In this document: piece after piece, positions 29,403 through 39,366 of the stretch | Layout: each line of letters starts with the position of its first letter | How positions within the stretch are numbered: position 1 is the stretch's first letter | DNA from: Felis catus | Lineage: Eukaryota | Direction of reading: 5' to 3' | DNA length: 64,000 nucleotides | NCBI RefSeq assembly: GCF_018350175.1 | Contig: NC_058370.1 | Location: forward strand, 100,068,001 to 100,132,000 | Notes under the pieces: generated by a model | Seen by the model: only the letters and a program-made list of their open reading frames with translations | Databases searched by the model: none | What the model was told of the DNA's origin: nothing | Program-made: the position numbers and the translations under genes

Positions 29403-29540
29403 AGGGGCGGCTGGCTGGCTCAGTCAGTACAGCATGCGACTCTTGATCTCATGGTTGTCTGAGTTCAAGCCCCATGATGGTGTGCAGCCTACTTAAAACA
29501 AACAAACAAACAAACAAACAAACAAACAAATTAATAAATA
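29403..29540 (+). mobile_element. Short Can-SINE with (AAAC)n tail
   Basis: GGGGCGGCTGGCTGGCTCAG head; AAAC repeats ~29495-29530. Confidence 0.82.
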
Positions 29541-30039
29541 GAATCCCCTGTAGAACTTCTAAAAACACCACCCCTAGGCCTCAATCAGTACCAGAGCTAA
29601 GATTTAAACCCAAGTTTGTGGGACGCCTGGGCACACACGTTAGCCACTGCCCTACACAGCCGCCTTATGGGGCCTAGATCTGTTAAGTCAATCTTTGAGG
29701 GTATCTGTCGCAGGGTTATTTTCTCTTAAGGCTGCAACCCCTCATTCTCCCTCCAGGATATTCATGGGTAGCCAGGGATGCAAACCACCTTTTGAATCCA
29801 AGCCAAAGATTTTACAGAAGCTAGGGGAGAAGTTGAACAACGGGCTGAAGGTCACACACATAGTCCCATGAGCCGGTAAAGTCCCAGATTTCCCGGCAGG
29901 GATCTTTCCTCTTTCGGTTGGGAAGTTTTGCTTTGCTCTTTATTGGGCCTAATAGAGAAGAAATGAACAGGAAATTTTTGTTTTGTGGGTATGGGAGGAA
30001 TCAAGCGCCAACTCCTGAACCAACTAGAGTGCAGGAGGT

Positions 30040-30529
30040 GCAGAAGTACCTGGCGGGGCCGGACAGAGCAGCGGGAAACGCGGTGATTCCAGGTTCGCAG
30101 TACCCTCAGCCCCTAGGCCAGCGCCTCCCTTTCTCGGAGGGCCTTTAACACCTGTGCGTCCTAACCCCGCTGAACCGCAGAGCGGACTCAGGACCCCCTA
30201 CAGCCTCGACACTTCCCTTTTCACCGCTCTGTGGACGCGAATTACGCGACACTCCCACGTACCTACCCCAGGTTAGGAGTCCAAAACAGACGTTTCCGGA
30301 CCAGCCCCAGATCCTGCCATTGGTTTTAGCCTTTGGTCACCTGACTTACTCGAGCCAACGAGAGGCGGCAGAATTAATACTTCCGCTTTCAGTGCGGCAA
30401 ACGAGCCTCTGTTCCCGCCTTTCGGGTGCTCTGATTGGTCTTCCTCTCTCAGCTCGGCAATTTATTGGCCAGAGCCACGGGGCCGCAGTCCAGCGGGGTT
30501 CGAGGGCTGTGTGAGACAGCACCGCTGCG
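30040..30529 (+). promoter_or_regulatory. RNF181 promoter
   Basis: CpG-rich; three reverse CCAAT boxes (ATTGG ~30319, ~30434, ~30464) and ETS-like ACTTCCG ~30379. Confidence 0.65.
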
Positions 30530-30615
30530 ATGGCGTCCTATTTCGATGAACACGACTGCGAGCCGTTGGAGTCCGAGCAGCAGGCCCGAACCAATATGCT
30601 GCTGGAGCTCGCAAG
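30530..30615 (+). CDS. RNF181: RNF181 exon 1 (86 coding nt)
   Basis: gcgATGG Kozak; AG|gtgggt donor. Confidence 0.95.
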
Positions 30616-32245
30616 GTGGGTACGCGATGCTGGGAGGTGGGGGCGCAGGCAGCAGGTTTCTGGGCTGGGGCTGGCTGGAGAAGGCTGATTATATAGGGCC
30701 TCCATTCTGAGGAGGAAGGATGAGTAATCTGGAGAGTTAGTCCAGAGACGAGATTCGAGGGAGATCAATAATTTGGATCATCCATAGACGGGCCGGGCAA
30801 AGAGATTGTGGGAAAGACTGTAACTGGAGAGTAGGGGGAGTAGGGAGCGGGAAGGCAGCCGGTTGTAGCAGGTGAGGGAGAATATGGGTGATGGGGGTAA
30901 GGGAAGGGCCGTGTGGGTGTGAGTAGGTACATTAGTTAGGAACACCAAGCACGGCAGCCAGCGCTGCCACTGGGAATCTGGCTTTACCAGGTCATTCCTA
31001 CATAGCCTGAGTAACTTCTAAGCCTGTTGCCTCATGTGTAAAATGGGACTAAACTGCTTGCATGCCTGGGGTTGTCTTATAGCAGCTGTAAACCACTTCC
31101 CACTGTGCTTTTTATCTAGTGAGCACTTCTGCAGGGTACTAGCTGCAGGGCATTTATTTGCTATAATGCCTAGTGGGCTGTTGGGGCAAAGAGAAAGTAT
31201 GGTTTTCTGTGGTTCTGACCATGCGCCGTTCTTCCCAGGTCACTTTTCAATAGGATGGACTTTGAAGACTTGGGGTTGGTAGTAGATTGGGAACATCACC
31301 TGCCTCCACCTGCTGCCAAAGCTGTGGTTGAGAACCTTCCTAGGAGAGTCATCAGGGGCTCTCAGGCCGGTGAGAACACTAATTCCTTTCACTGTTTGGG
31401 GCAGGTTTGTCAGACCCACTCCCTCCCAAGCTAGACTGGTCTGGCCCTTCAGTTTTCCAGGTCAGGTTGGGGCAAGAATGTCCTTGAAGAGTGGGAGCTG
31501 GGAGGTAGGGCCTGTAGCGGCTCTCCTGANNNNNNNNNNNNNNNNNNNNNNNNNNNNNNNNNNNNNNNNNNNNNNNNNNNNNNNNNNNNNNNNNNNNNNN
31601 NNNNNNNNNNNNNNNNNNNNNNNNNNNNNNNNNNNNNNNNNNNNNNNNNNNNNNNNNNNNNNNNNNNNNNNNNNNNNAGCCCTCACTTGCCCTGGGCCCA
31701 GTTCTCAAGCCTCTCAAGTTCTGTTTATGAACTGTTAGGGGATCAGAAAAGGGAGAGGGGTAGGGGTGGGTATTGGGAGCAGGGGACGAATATTAACTTA
31801 TGAATACCAGACTTGGGCTGGAACACTGTCCTCCTTTCCTCAGACAAATTCCTGCCCCTTGTGCCGCCATGAGCTGCCCACTGATGATGACACTTACGAG
31901 GAACATAGACGAGATAAGGTAGGGGCTGGTGGTAAGTGGAGAGGGTGGTAATGGGGCCCCCCAGTCGCTGTCCTTTTGTTCTCATTTCCTACCTTAGCAG
32001 GTCTGGGTAGGCCTCAGGGTCCTTGGCTCTTGTCGTCTTCCTGGTGACTCTGGTGAGGGGCAAGAGCCTTGGCAATACACATGCTAGGAGCCTGAAAACA
32101 GTGATAGCTCCATGATAGCTGTCCCATTGCTCCACCCACAGGCCTTCACATATGGCTCATGGCCATTGTGCTCTCTTTCCTTCAGGCTCGCAAGCAGCAG
32201 CAAAAGCACCGACTTGAGAACCTCCATGGAGCCATGTACACATGA
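30530..32245 (+). CDS. RNF181: E3 ubiquitin ligase RING finger protein 181 (153 aa if the masked exon is 110 nt)
   Basis: join(30530-30615, 31239-31369, exon in N-run 31530-31677, 31844-31918, 32186-32245): [29 protein letters not shown]|[34 protein letters not shown]...|(RING core masked)|[25 protein letters not shown]|[19 protein letters not shown]. Confidence 0.95.
31239..31369 (+). CDS. RNF181: RNF181 exon 2 (131 nt)
   Basis: ttcccag| acceptor and |gtgaga donor; in frame with exon 1. Confidence 0.95.
31530..31677 (+). CDS. RNF181: RNF181 exon 3 (inferred, RING-H2 core, inside the N-run)
   Basis: Exon 2 ends in phase 1 and exon 4 starts in phase 0 at the terminal CPLC; the missing RING residues can only be in this N-run. 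Confidence 0.65.
31844..31918 (+). CDS. RNF181: RNF181 exon 4 (75 nt)
   Basis: cctcag| acceptor and AAG|gtaggg donor; CPLCR. Confidence 0.95.
32186..32245 (+). CDS. RNF181: RNF181 exon 5 coding part
   Basis: ccttcag| acceptor; ends HGAMYT TGA. Confidence 0.95.
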   Translation, partial: ARKQQQKHRLENLHGAMYT

Positions 32246-32301
32246 GGTGCCTGGGGCTGAGTACCAGTCCTCCACATCTTTCTCTTGCACCTCAAATCCT
32301 C

Positions 32302-32307
32302 ATTAAA
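32302..32307 (+). terminator. RNF181 polyadenylation signal (ATTAAA)
   Basis: ATTAAA ~57 nt after the stop codon. Confidence 0.6.
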
Positions 32308-32879
32308 ATTTCTTTACCCACCCTGCACTGCATTGCTCACAAGCCTGGGCAGGGGTTCCGTACCCTCCATGAGGTCCCTACTGCTGTTGGGGAAGGTGGT
32401 CCTGAACCGCAGAAAGCACCAGGCTGTGTGTCCCTTCCTGTTAAGTGTACGCACTGCTCAGTCTGGCCTGAGAAGTGGAGCCCAGGTCAAAAACCTGGCT
32501 ACTAGATCAGCCAGGGCTTGGGCCTGTGCATTCATTGTTGGAAAGCAAAATGTGTCAGGGTCTGGCATCCAATAGTTACTTACAGATGGTAAAGAAAAAA
32601 AAGAGAGCCTACATCTCTCTCCCCTGCAATTTTTAGTAAATCTTGGAATCCCACAGGCTTTCTTTAGCTTCATTGTGAAAACTGCTCCTATCAGTTTGAA
32701 GTTGCTCCGTGGATTCCCTCCGCCCCCACCTCTGCCCCACCCCAGTATTACCTACTGAGGAAGCAAACTTCAAACCACACTCTTGAGTAGAAGAAGGATC
32801 AGGTCAGTTCTTTAGACTGTTTAAAGTCCTAGAAAGGGTTTCAGGCCCTTGAGGGGTATTTGGATAGCACCTGGCAGTC

Positions 32880-32885
32880 TTTATT
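32880..32885 (-). terminator. TMEM150A polyadenylation signal
   Basis: TTTATT on plus = AATAAA on minus, ~700 nt past the stop. Confidence 0.65.
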
Positions 32886-33043
32886 CTTGACAGCCCTGTT
32901 CTCAAAGAGCAGTGGCCACTCAGGACTCTCTCTGGGGGCAGGGGATTTTGCCCATCCTTTGCCTAGGGAAAGCCATCCTGGGTTAGTCTCTCTCTTGACT
33001 CTTCAGAACAGACTACAGACATGCAAATTAGAATTCTTTTAAT

Positions 33044-33060
33044 AGATATATATATATATA

Positions 33061-33092
<32 letters not shown>
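33044..33092. repeat. (TA)n microsatellite in the TMEM150A 3' UTR
   Basis: Interrupted TA run. Confidence 0.92.
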
Positions 33093-33589
33093 AAAGTACT
33101 AAAATACCCACATGGTTCTGCTGTGTTATTTGCCCGAAAGAAAGAAAAGGGCAGAGTGAAGAATCCCAGTGCAGCTCAGTGGGCCCCAAAGTGGGCCTTC
33201 CCACAGTCTAAGGAGTGCCTATCCCTCCACCCCAAATTCTATCCTTCTTGCTGTTCCCAGCCCCCAATTCCTGCAGCAGGAAACCCCAGTGGTTTGGCTT
33301 CGGCACTGGGGAGTAGAAGGCACCTGAAGGGCTGGCTGGGTGAAATAAGAATATGTGACCTTTGAACATAAAAACAACAGTGCAGAGTAAGGGAGTAGGT
33401 TGTGTGCAGCCCAGGCACCTGCCTGGCCTGTTCCTCTGTGGCACAGGTGGGTGTGGGATGGCCACTGCTCCAGCAGCAAGGAAGCCTATATCCCGACAAC
33501 ACTTTCTCAAAACCATTTTTGGTACAAAATAAATGCAAAGTTATGAGGTGGGGAGCTGGTGAGGTTGGCCCGGCCACCCTCCCCAGACC

Positions 33590-33831
33590 TCAGATCATGG
33601 CGATGCTTTCGGGGGCACAGGTGAGGTGAGTGGAGGTGCGACCGCTCCCAGAGGACTTGGCGGCCCGGCCAGGGGCAGGCTGCAGCGCAGCCACCAGCGT
33701 CTCTGACGACACTGCTCCGAACTCATAGCTGAAAGTGCCGTAGAAAATGAGGATGTCAATGACAAACACCCACTCGCACAGGGCTGCCCCATGCTGCAGC
33801 TGAGAGCTCTCGTGCATAAAGAAGACCGCAC
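33590..33831 (-). CDS. TMEM150A: TMEM150A last coding exon
   Basis: ttccag| acceptor; TGA at 33592-33590. Confidence 0.95.
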
Positions 33832-36596
33832 CTGGAATGGGGCTAAGGAAATGTTCAGTAGGATGTGTGGAAGCCTGTTGACATTCCTACCTTCCTAGAT
33901 AGATAACTAGGCTGGGGCCAAGAGCCAGGTCTCACCTCCTGGAAGGGTAAGTAGGAAACCACACTGGGCAGTATTTTCTGGATATATGTGTACCAAGCTC
34001 TCCCCCAACCCCCCAATGCCCCCCACCCCGGGTCTTGGGTGGGGAAAGGCTGAGCTAGAGGATTAGTTCCTGGCTGCCCTGTCCTGGAAGGATACTGAGG
34101 ATCAGGGTGACAAAGGCGATGGCTGCCAGCACAATCCGCACGTAGGCCATAGCCAGGTCCTGGGGGGCTGTGGCCCCGTGGTAGCAGAGGGCACAGTGCA
34201 GGCAGACAAAGAGCAGCCCGGCGGAGAAGGCCACACCAGTTCCGATGTAGTGCAGAGACTTAGCATGATCCACCTGGTCCGGAGAGAGCACCCATCTGTG
34301 AAGCAGCCCTACCTCCTCCACCCCCATCCCCTTTCCCTCTCAGACCCCCCTATCCCCACCCTCAGCCTTGTAGGGCTGTCTCTGTAGCTTGGGGCAACCT
34401 TCAGGGGACTGAGGGCACCCGTTCATGAAAGTTCAAGAGGCAGGCAGGCGAGCACACCTGGAAGTTGCCGACCACCACAAGGCCCGCAGCGTTGGTGCAG
34501 CCTGTGATGAGTGTTGTGGTGTTGACCCAGGAATGACGACTCTGCTCCAGGAGCTGCCCGTAGCGCAGCAGGCAGATCAGAGCCACTGGGGGAAGACAGC
34601 ACAGGTGGGGCCAGCACTGGTGCTCTCCTCCCACCCCAGCCTGGCCCAGCCAGCCCACCAACTGCCCCGGCCTCTGCCCCTGCCCCCCACTCTGGTCTGA
34701 GGGCCAAAAGGGAATAGAAGGGCAGGTGGTGAACTGGGTGTCCTCAGCCTCCAGCCAGCAGGGTGGCTGTGTGAGACACTTTGGCCCTTGTTCAAGAACA
34801 GGAGAGACGTGACTCCTCTTGCCTTAGCCCTTGGTGGGGTGGGCCACACTAGGCAAGGGCTTCCTGGGCCCTTCTGGGAGGGGGGTGGGGGAGTGGGTTG
34901 GATTGGGCTGGGCTGGCTAGGGGGGGCTGAGGGCACAACTCACCCATGAAAGCACCCATGTTGCCAATGAGGCTGAAGAGGCAGCTCTCTGGGGGATATG
35001 TGCCACACTTGCTGAGGGGGGGGGGGCAAGGACAGAGTGAGAGAGGAGCAGGAGCACTAGCACCCCCATTCTGGCCCATCTGTCTCTTGCTTTAACCGTG
35101 CCTGTTCCTTAGCAAGCCACTGATTTAGGAGAAGGGCCAGTTGTGTTCTATAAACAACTGGCTGCAGGCTGGGCCCTCCCTCAAAGCAGAGCACATGTGT
35201 GTGATGGGTAAGGGAGTGCCCAGGATTGCTGGGCAGAGCCCAAGACTCCTTGGACTCCCTGAGACTGTCAAGGTCTGTGGCCAGTCTGGCTTTCCTTGGG
35301 CCAGAACTGGGCTGGGCAATCAGAGGGCTTCAGCTTAAATCCAGGTGCCTCCACTTACTAGCTGTATGACCTGGACGGATGACATAACAGTCTGTTTCCT
35401 TGCCTATAAAACAGTGAGAATGATAGCTGCCTCAATGTCAGGAGGATTAAACGGTGTTCTGCGCGTAAAGCATTCAGCACAGGGCCTGGCACACAGTGAT
35501 TGGCAAGTAGTATTGTTATTAAGTGCTTTTAATATACTTACTATTTCTGAGACCCAGGGATAGGGGTTTGAGGGGCTGGGGTCTCCCTTACCTGCCCAGA
35601 GTCCAGGCCTTACCTGATGAGGGGGACATCATCCAGGGTGCAGCAAGTCTTGGGGCCCCCTTGTTCAGCGGGGTCAGGAGAGCAGGACTCGTTGTAGGAC
35701 CTGGCAGGCAGGACAGAGAGTAGACTGGGGGAAAGGGGTTCTCCCAGCCTGTACCCTCCAGCTTCTCAGAGACTACCCTCCCAGTATTCTCTTGGCAGGG
35801 GCAGGAGAGCCCACCTCCCTGAACTGGCCTGAGACAGATGCCAAAGGGGTGAAGGGATGGTGGGAAATAGGTGGATGGGCTTGAAGTCGTGCCTGGGGAG
35901 GGGCAGGCATTGCCAGTGTCAGCTAAGAGCAGTGAGGGCCAGGGTCTCCAACTGGCTTGCTCACAACAGCCCCGACCCAAGAGGGAGCAGAGATGAAGGG
36001 AGCTTTAGAGGGAGGCTGTCTGCAGAGTGCGCCATACCAGTTCTCCACAGGGCATGCGTGGCGGTTCATCACGGCCATGGCATACCTGCGGGAGCAGAAC
36101 TGTCACCTCACACCCGTGACCCTCCCAGCCCAGCTTTCCCCCCTACTGACTCTTCTCTCTTGATTCTGGCCCCATTCAGTCTCATTGTCCTTGTTGGGGA
36201 CTCAAGTTAGGGTGGCCTGAGAACTGACACCACATCAGAATAGCATGGCCTCAAACTAGAGGACCTCGGGGTGTCCCTGGCTCGAAGTATGTCAGGGTCG
36301 TCATACTGGACAGCGGCGGTGCCAGCTCGCCCGAAGTAGCTCTGTGCCCAGGCACCAGGCCAGGCTTTGGAGACAGCTAGAGTGATCCTGGGTACCACCC
36401 CAGAGCCTGCACAGGACAAGGGGCTCTGTGTGTGCCATGAAGCTCCTGTTGGGTCCTGGCTGGGCCCTATCCTCCTCAGCATGGGCCCATTCTGTCCCCC
36501 GTTGTCTTCCCCCTTCCCTCTATTTACTCACACAGTCCATAGGCCAGTGATAGAGAATGCTGACAAGCTGACAGGAAGGAGGATCCAGGCGGTCAT
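33590..36596 (-). CDS. TMEM150A: Transmembrane protein 150A (DRAM/Frag1/Sfk1 family), 271 aa
   Basis: join(36532-36596, 36038-36085, 35614-35700, 34944-35011, 34458-34585, 34096-34273, 33590-33831) = 816 nt, an uninterrupted frame: [89 protein letters not shown]...[15 protein letters not shown]...CAPESIAMI*. Confidence 0.97.
33832..34095 (-). other. TMEM150A: U12-type (minor spliceosome) GT-AG intron of TMEM150A
   Basis: 5' end GTATCCTTC; branch box TTCCTTAGC about 8 nt before the AG. Confidence 0.88.
34096..34273 (-). CDS. TMEM150A: TMEM150A coding exon 6 (178 nt)
   Basis: gaccag| acceptor; ends at the U12-type donor |gtatcctt. Confidence 0.94.
34458..34585 (-). CDS. TMEM150A: TMEM150A coding exon 5 (128 nt)
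   Basis: ccccag| acceptor and CAG|gtgtgc donor. Confidence 0.94.
34944..35011 (-). CDS. TMEM150A: TMEM150A coding exon 4 (68 nt)
   Basis: cctcag| acceptor and |gtgagt donor. Confidence 0.94.
35614..35700 (-). CDS. TMEM150A: TMEM150A coding exon 3 (87 nt)
   Basis: tgccag| acceptor and CAG|gtaagg donor. Confidence 0.94.
36038..36085 (-). CDS. TMEM150A: TMEM150A coding exon 2 (48 nt)
   Basis: cccgcag| acceptor and |gtatgg donor. Confidence 0.94.
36532..36596 (-). CDS. TMEM150A: TMEM150A first coding exon (65 coding nt; acceptor at 36712)
   Basis: [22 protein letters not shown]; |gtgagt donor. Confidence 0.94.
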
Positions 36597-36839
36597 GAGG
36601 GAGGGGAGCCAGGGTGGTGGTGGTGTGGGGGGAAGGGCAAGAGGTAGGTGGGAAAGAGGGGGCCGGCCCAGCTACCTTAGGGTACTTCGCCAAAACCATC
36701 AGGGGCCCAGGCCTGGTGGAGAGAGACAGGTCAAAGTCCAGTGTCCAGTGACTGGCCAAGGCCGGTGGTGGGCAGAAGGTGGTCCACACCTGATTCACAG
36801 CTTCTGCTGGGGCTCTGAGGGCCTACATTTTGGGCTGAG

Positions 36840-37750
36840 CCCACGCCAACACGTGGACACCTTCTGGCATCCCCCGGGGCCCTCCGCGTTCCACCCGAAA
36901 GCCACCGGTGGGCCCAGGCACTCAGGCGGGGCCGTAACATCTGGGGAGGGAGTCGCGCTCCCTCGCCTGCGGGACCGGGCTGGGGGAAGGGTGCGGTTAG
37001 GGCAGTCGAGGGGGCCGCGCCGAGGAGAGCCTGAGAGCGGGTGCCGGTACCGGCGGAGCGGCAGCCACGCGCAGGCAACCACCTGACCGCCGGCGCCCCG
37101 GGGGAGAGGTGGGTTCGCGCAGGAAGCGCGGCTCGGCCCCCGCCCGCGTGGGCGCACGGAAAGCGCCCCGGGAGCCGGGGACTCGAGCCTCCCCAGGGGC
37201 CCAGTACGCACCTCCCTGGAGCGCCCCGCCGCCTCCGCTCCCTGCTCGGCCACGCTTGGTATGGTCTCTGGCTGCGGCCCTCGGAGCAGCCCTGGAAGGT
37301 TTAAAGGGCCGAGCGGCCCCGCCCCTGTCGCCCGGGCAGCGCCGCGCCGCCCGCCGGGACGTGGAGTCCGCGCCGCCCCGCGCCGGGCCGGAGACTACAA
37401 CTCCCGAGCCCCCGCGCCCGCGCTGCGGTGCAAGCGTGGATGGCGCCCCGACTTCGGGGGACCTGAGCGCCGAGGGCTGAGCCGCGGGACTCGGGTGGAG
37501 GCTCTGACTCCGAGATGCCGATAGTCCCGCGTACCCTGTTCCTGCGGTGGGAGCTTCGGGAGGCGGGAAGCTCCGGGGCTGCATCGCTGTGATTGCCATC
37601 GCGTACAAGGCTGGTGGAAGCCTCCCTTCGCCGCTGGGCACATTTTTGCAGCCTGGACTGTCCGGCAGTGAGACTTTCGGGAGCCTCCCTCAATGTGGCT
37701 GGGCCTGCCTCTCTGTTCTGGACGAGGTGGGTCCGCGGAGAAGCGAGCAC
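36840..37750. promoter_or_regulatory. TMEM150A CpG-island promoter with non-coding exon 1 (candidate donor at 37083); probably bidirectional
   Basis: Very CpG-dense; GC boxes; TTTAAA at ~37300; ACTACAACTCCC (ZNF143/THAP11-type motif) at 37394-37405; minus-strand CAG|gtggtt donor at 37083. Confidence 0.7.
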
Positions 37751-37844
37751 AAAACCTTGGCTGTTAAGTTTCAAGCGCCTTGGATTTGGCTTATGCTTCC
37801 CCTCCGCCCAGCAAACCCTGGAGGAGGGCTACTTTCATCAGATA

Positions 37845-38050
37845 CTTTTTTTTTTTTTAATGTTTATTTTTGAGAGAGACAGAGTAGGAGTGTGGGAAGG
37901 GCAGAGACAGAGAGGGAGACACAGAATCCGAAACAGGCTGCAGGCTCCGAGCTGTCAGCACAGACTCTGATGCGGGGCTCGAACTTGGGACCGCTGAGAT
38001 CATGACCTGAGCTGAAGTTGGATGCTCAACCGACTGGCCCATCCAGGCGC
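37845..38050 (-). mobile_element. Can-SINE
   Basis: Typical body; TSD CAGATACTTTTT on both sides. Confidence 0.9.
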
Positions 38051-39360
38051 CGCCAGATACTTTTTATTTTCAAGGTACAAGTACACAAAGTACTGTCAGT
38101 GTCATGTTTCCCGACTGATGAGCGCTTGCTCGAAACAAGACCACGGAGATCAGTGGATATCTATGGTCACACATGGCCAGGTGTTGGTAAGAGAGGCAGG
38201 CTGGAGACCCAGAGCAATCTGGGAAGAGGAAACAGGATAGCGTGGGAATAAATTACCATTGGCTTCACCAAAATGTACAGGCCAAGGGTGCCTTCCTGGA
38301 CATTCTTTTCATGATAAAAAAAAAAGAGTGGGAATACTTCTTTTTCGCATACCCAAAGGGAACAGAGGCCCAGGCTGCCAGGAACAGGGGAAGCTTAGGT
38401 GTGGCAGCACTGGTGAGTTGAAGGTAATGTGCAGAAACAGGGGCCCTGTACTGTGGGGAAAATGGAGATATACTGGGAAAGGGCTTGAAGGAGCAACCTT
38501 TTTTTTGACCCAGTGGAAGGTAAAAATAGAAACAGGAAATCTGTGGGAGAGCCCTTTTCTGAATTGCAGCAGGACAAGTAGTTAGAGCAGGGCCAGTAAG
38601 TATGGCTGTGCAGAGAAATCACTGTACAATGAAATCACTGGCTGAATGGACTAGTGGGGTATAAAATACAGTCCACTTTCTGGCCCACAGTCTGTTCTGT
38701 GCCCCAGAATACAGAGGTGCCTCTTGCTAATTCACAGAGAAGCACCACCTTCCTGCCCAGGTGTGTTCCCATTGGAGCAGACACCTTCTTTTCACCTGCC
38801 CAACGGTACTGTAAAACCTCAGCATTTCCTACCTCATTGGAAGTTTTGCAAGTCTTAGTCAACACTTAACTACACTCAGTTGAGCTGGGTTTGAGTTGCT
38901 GTCCAACCGTTATCATGGGAAGACCTGAGAAGCTACTTAGGTCCTAAACTGGCTGTTCTAATGTAGAGTTAAGACAAGCACTCTAGAACTGTGACCGAGA
39001 CAGATTTTGGCTTAATATGACAATCTCAGTAATCCCTAAAGTAGAATTACCCCAAGACAGGACTCCCTATGACAGAAGGGCTCTTTGTGTGTAGTCGGTA
39101 GGGAGGAGTCACTTATCAGAAAACAAGTGGGACCAGACATCTTTAATAGTCCCTTCTAGCTTTAATGCTACGTGAGTCTAGCTGTTATGCTCCAACCAGG
39201 ACAGTTCTTAAAATAGTCAAGGCAAAGCAAGAGATGAGATTTCAAGTGCTGATTTGGTGGTGCTGAATGACTTTAGGGCAGGCATTTAATCTGTACTTCT
39301 CTTATGTACACAAGCGATTTCAAAACTCTTGGCAAAAACAGTGCTGTAAAAATAGTTAAG

Positions 39361-39366
39361 TTTATT
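39361..39366 (-). terminator. Candidate C2orf68 polyadenylation signal (~3.6-kb 3' UTR)
   Basis: TTTATT on plus, at the end of a long repeat-poor stretch downstream of the stop. Confidence 0.5.

Noticed and set aside
31530-31677. Apparent loss of the RNF181 RING exon (and of GGCX exon 6)
   Set aside because: The missing exons coincide with N-runs long enough to contain them; not evidence of pseudogenisation.
36367-37774. Long ORFs (up to 239 aa) around the TMEM150A promoter
   Set aside because: GC-rich island artefacts; only the spliced uORF starting at 36699 was retained.
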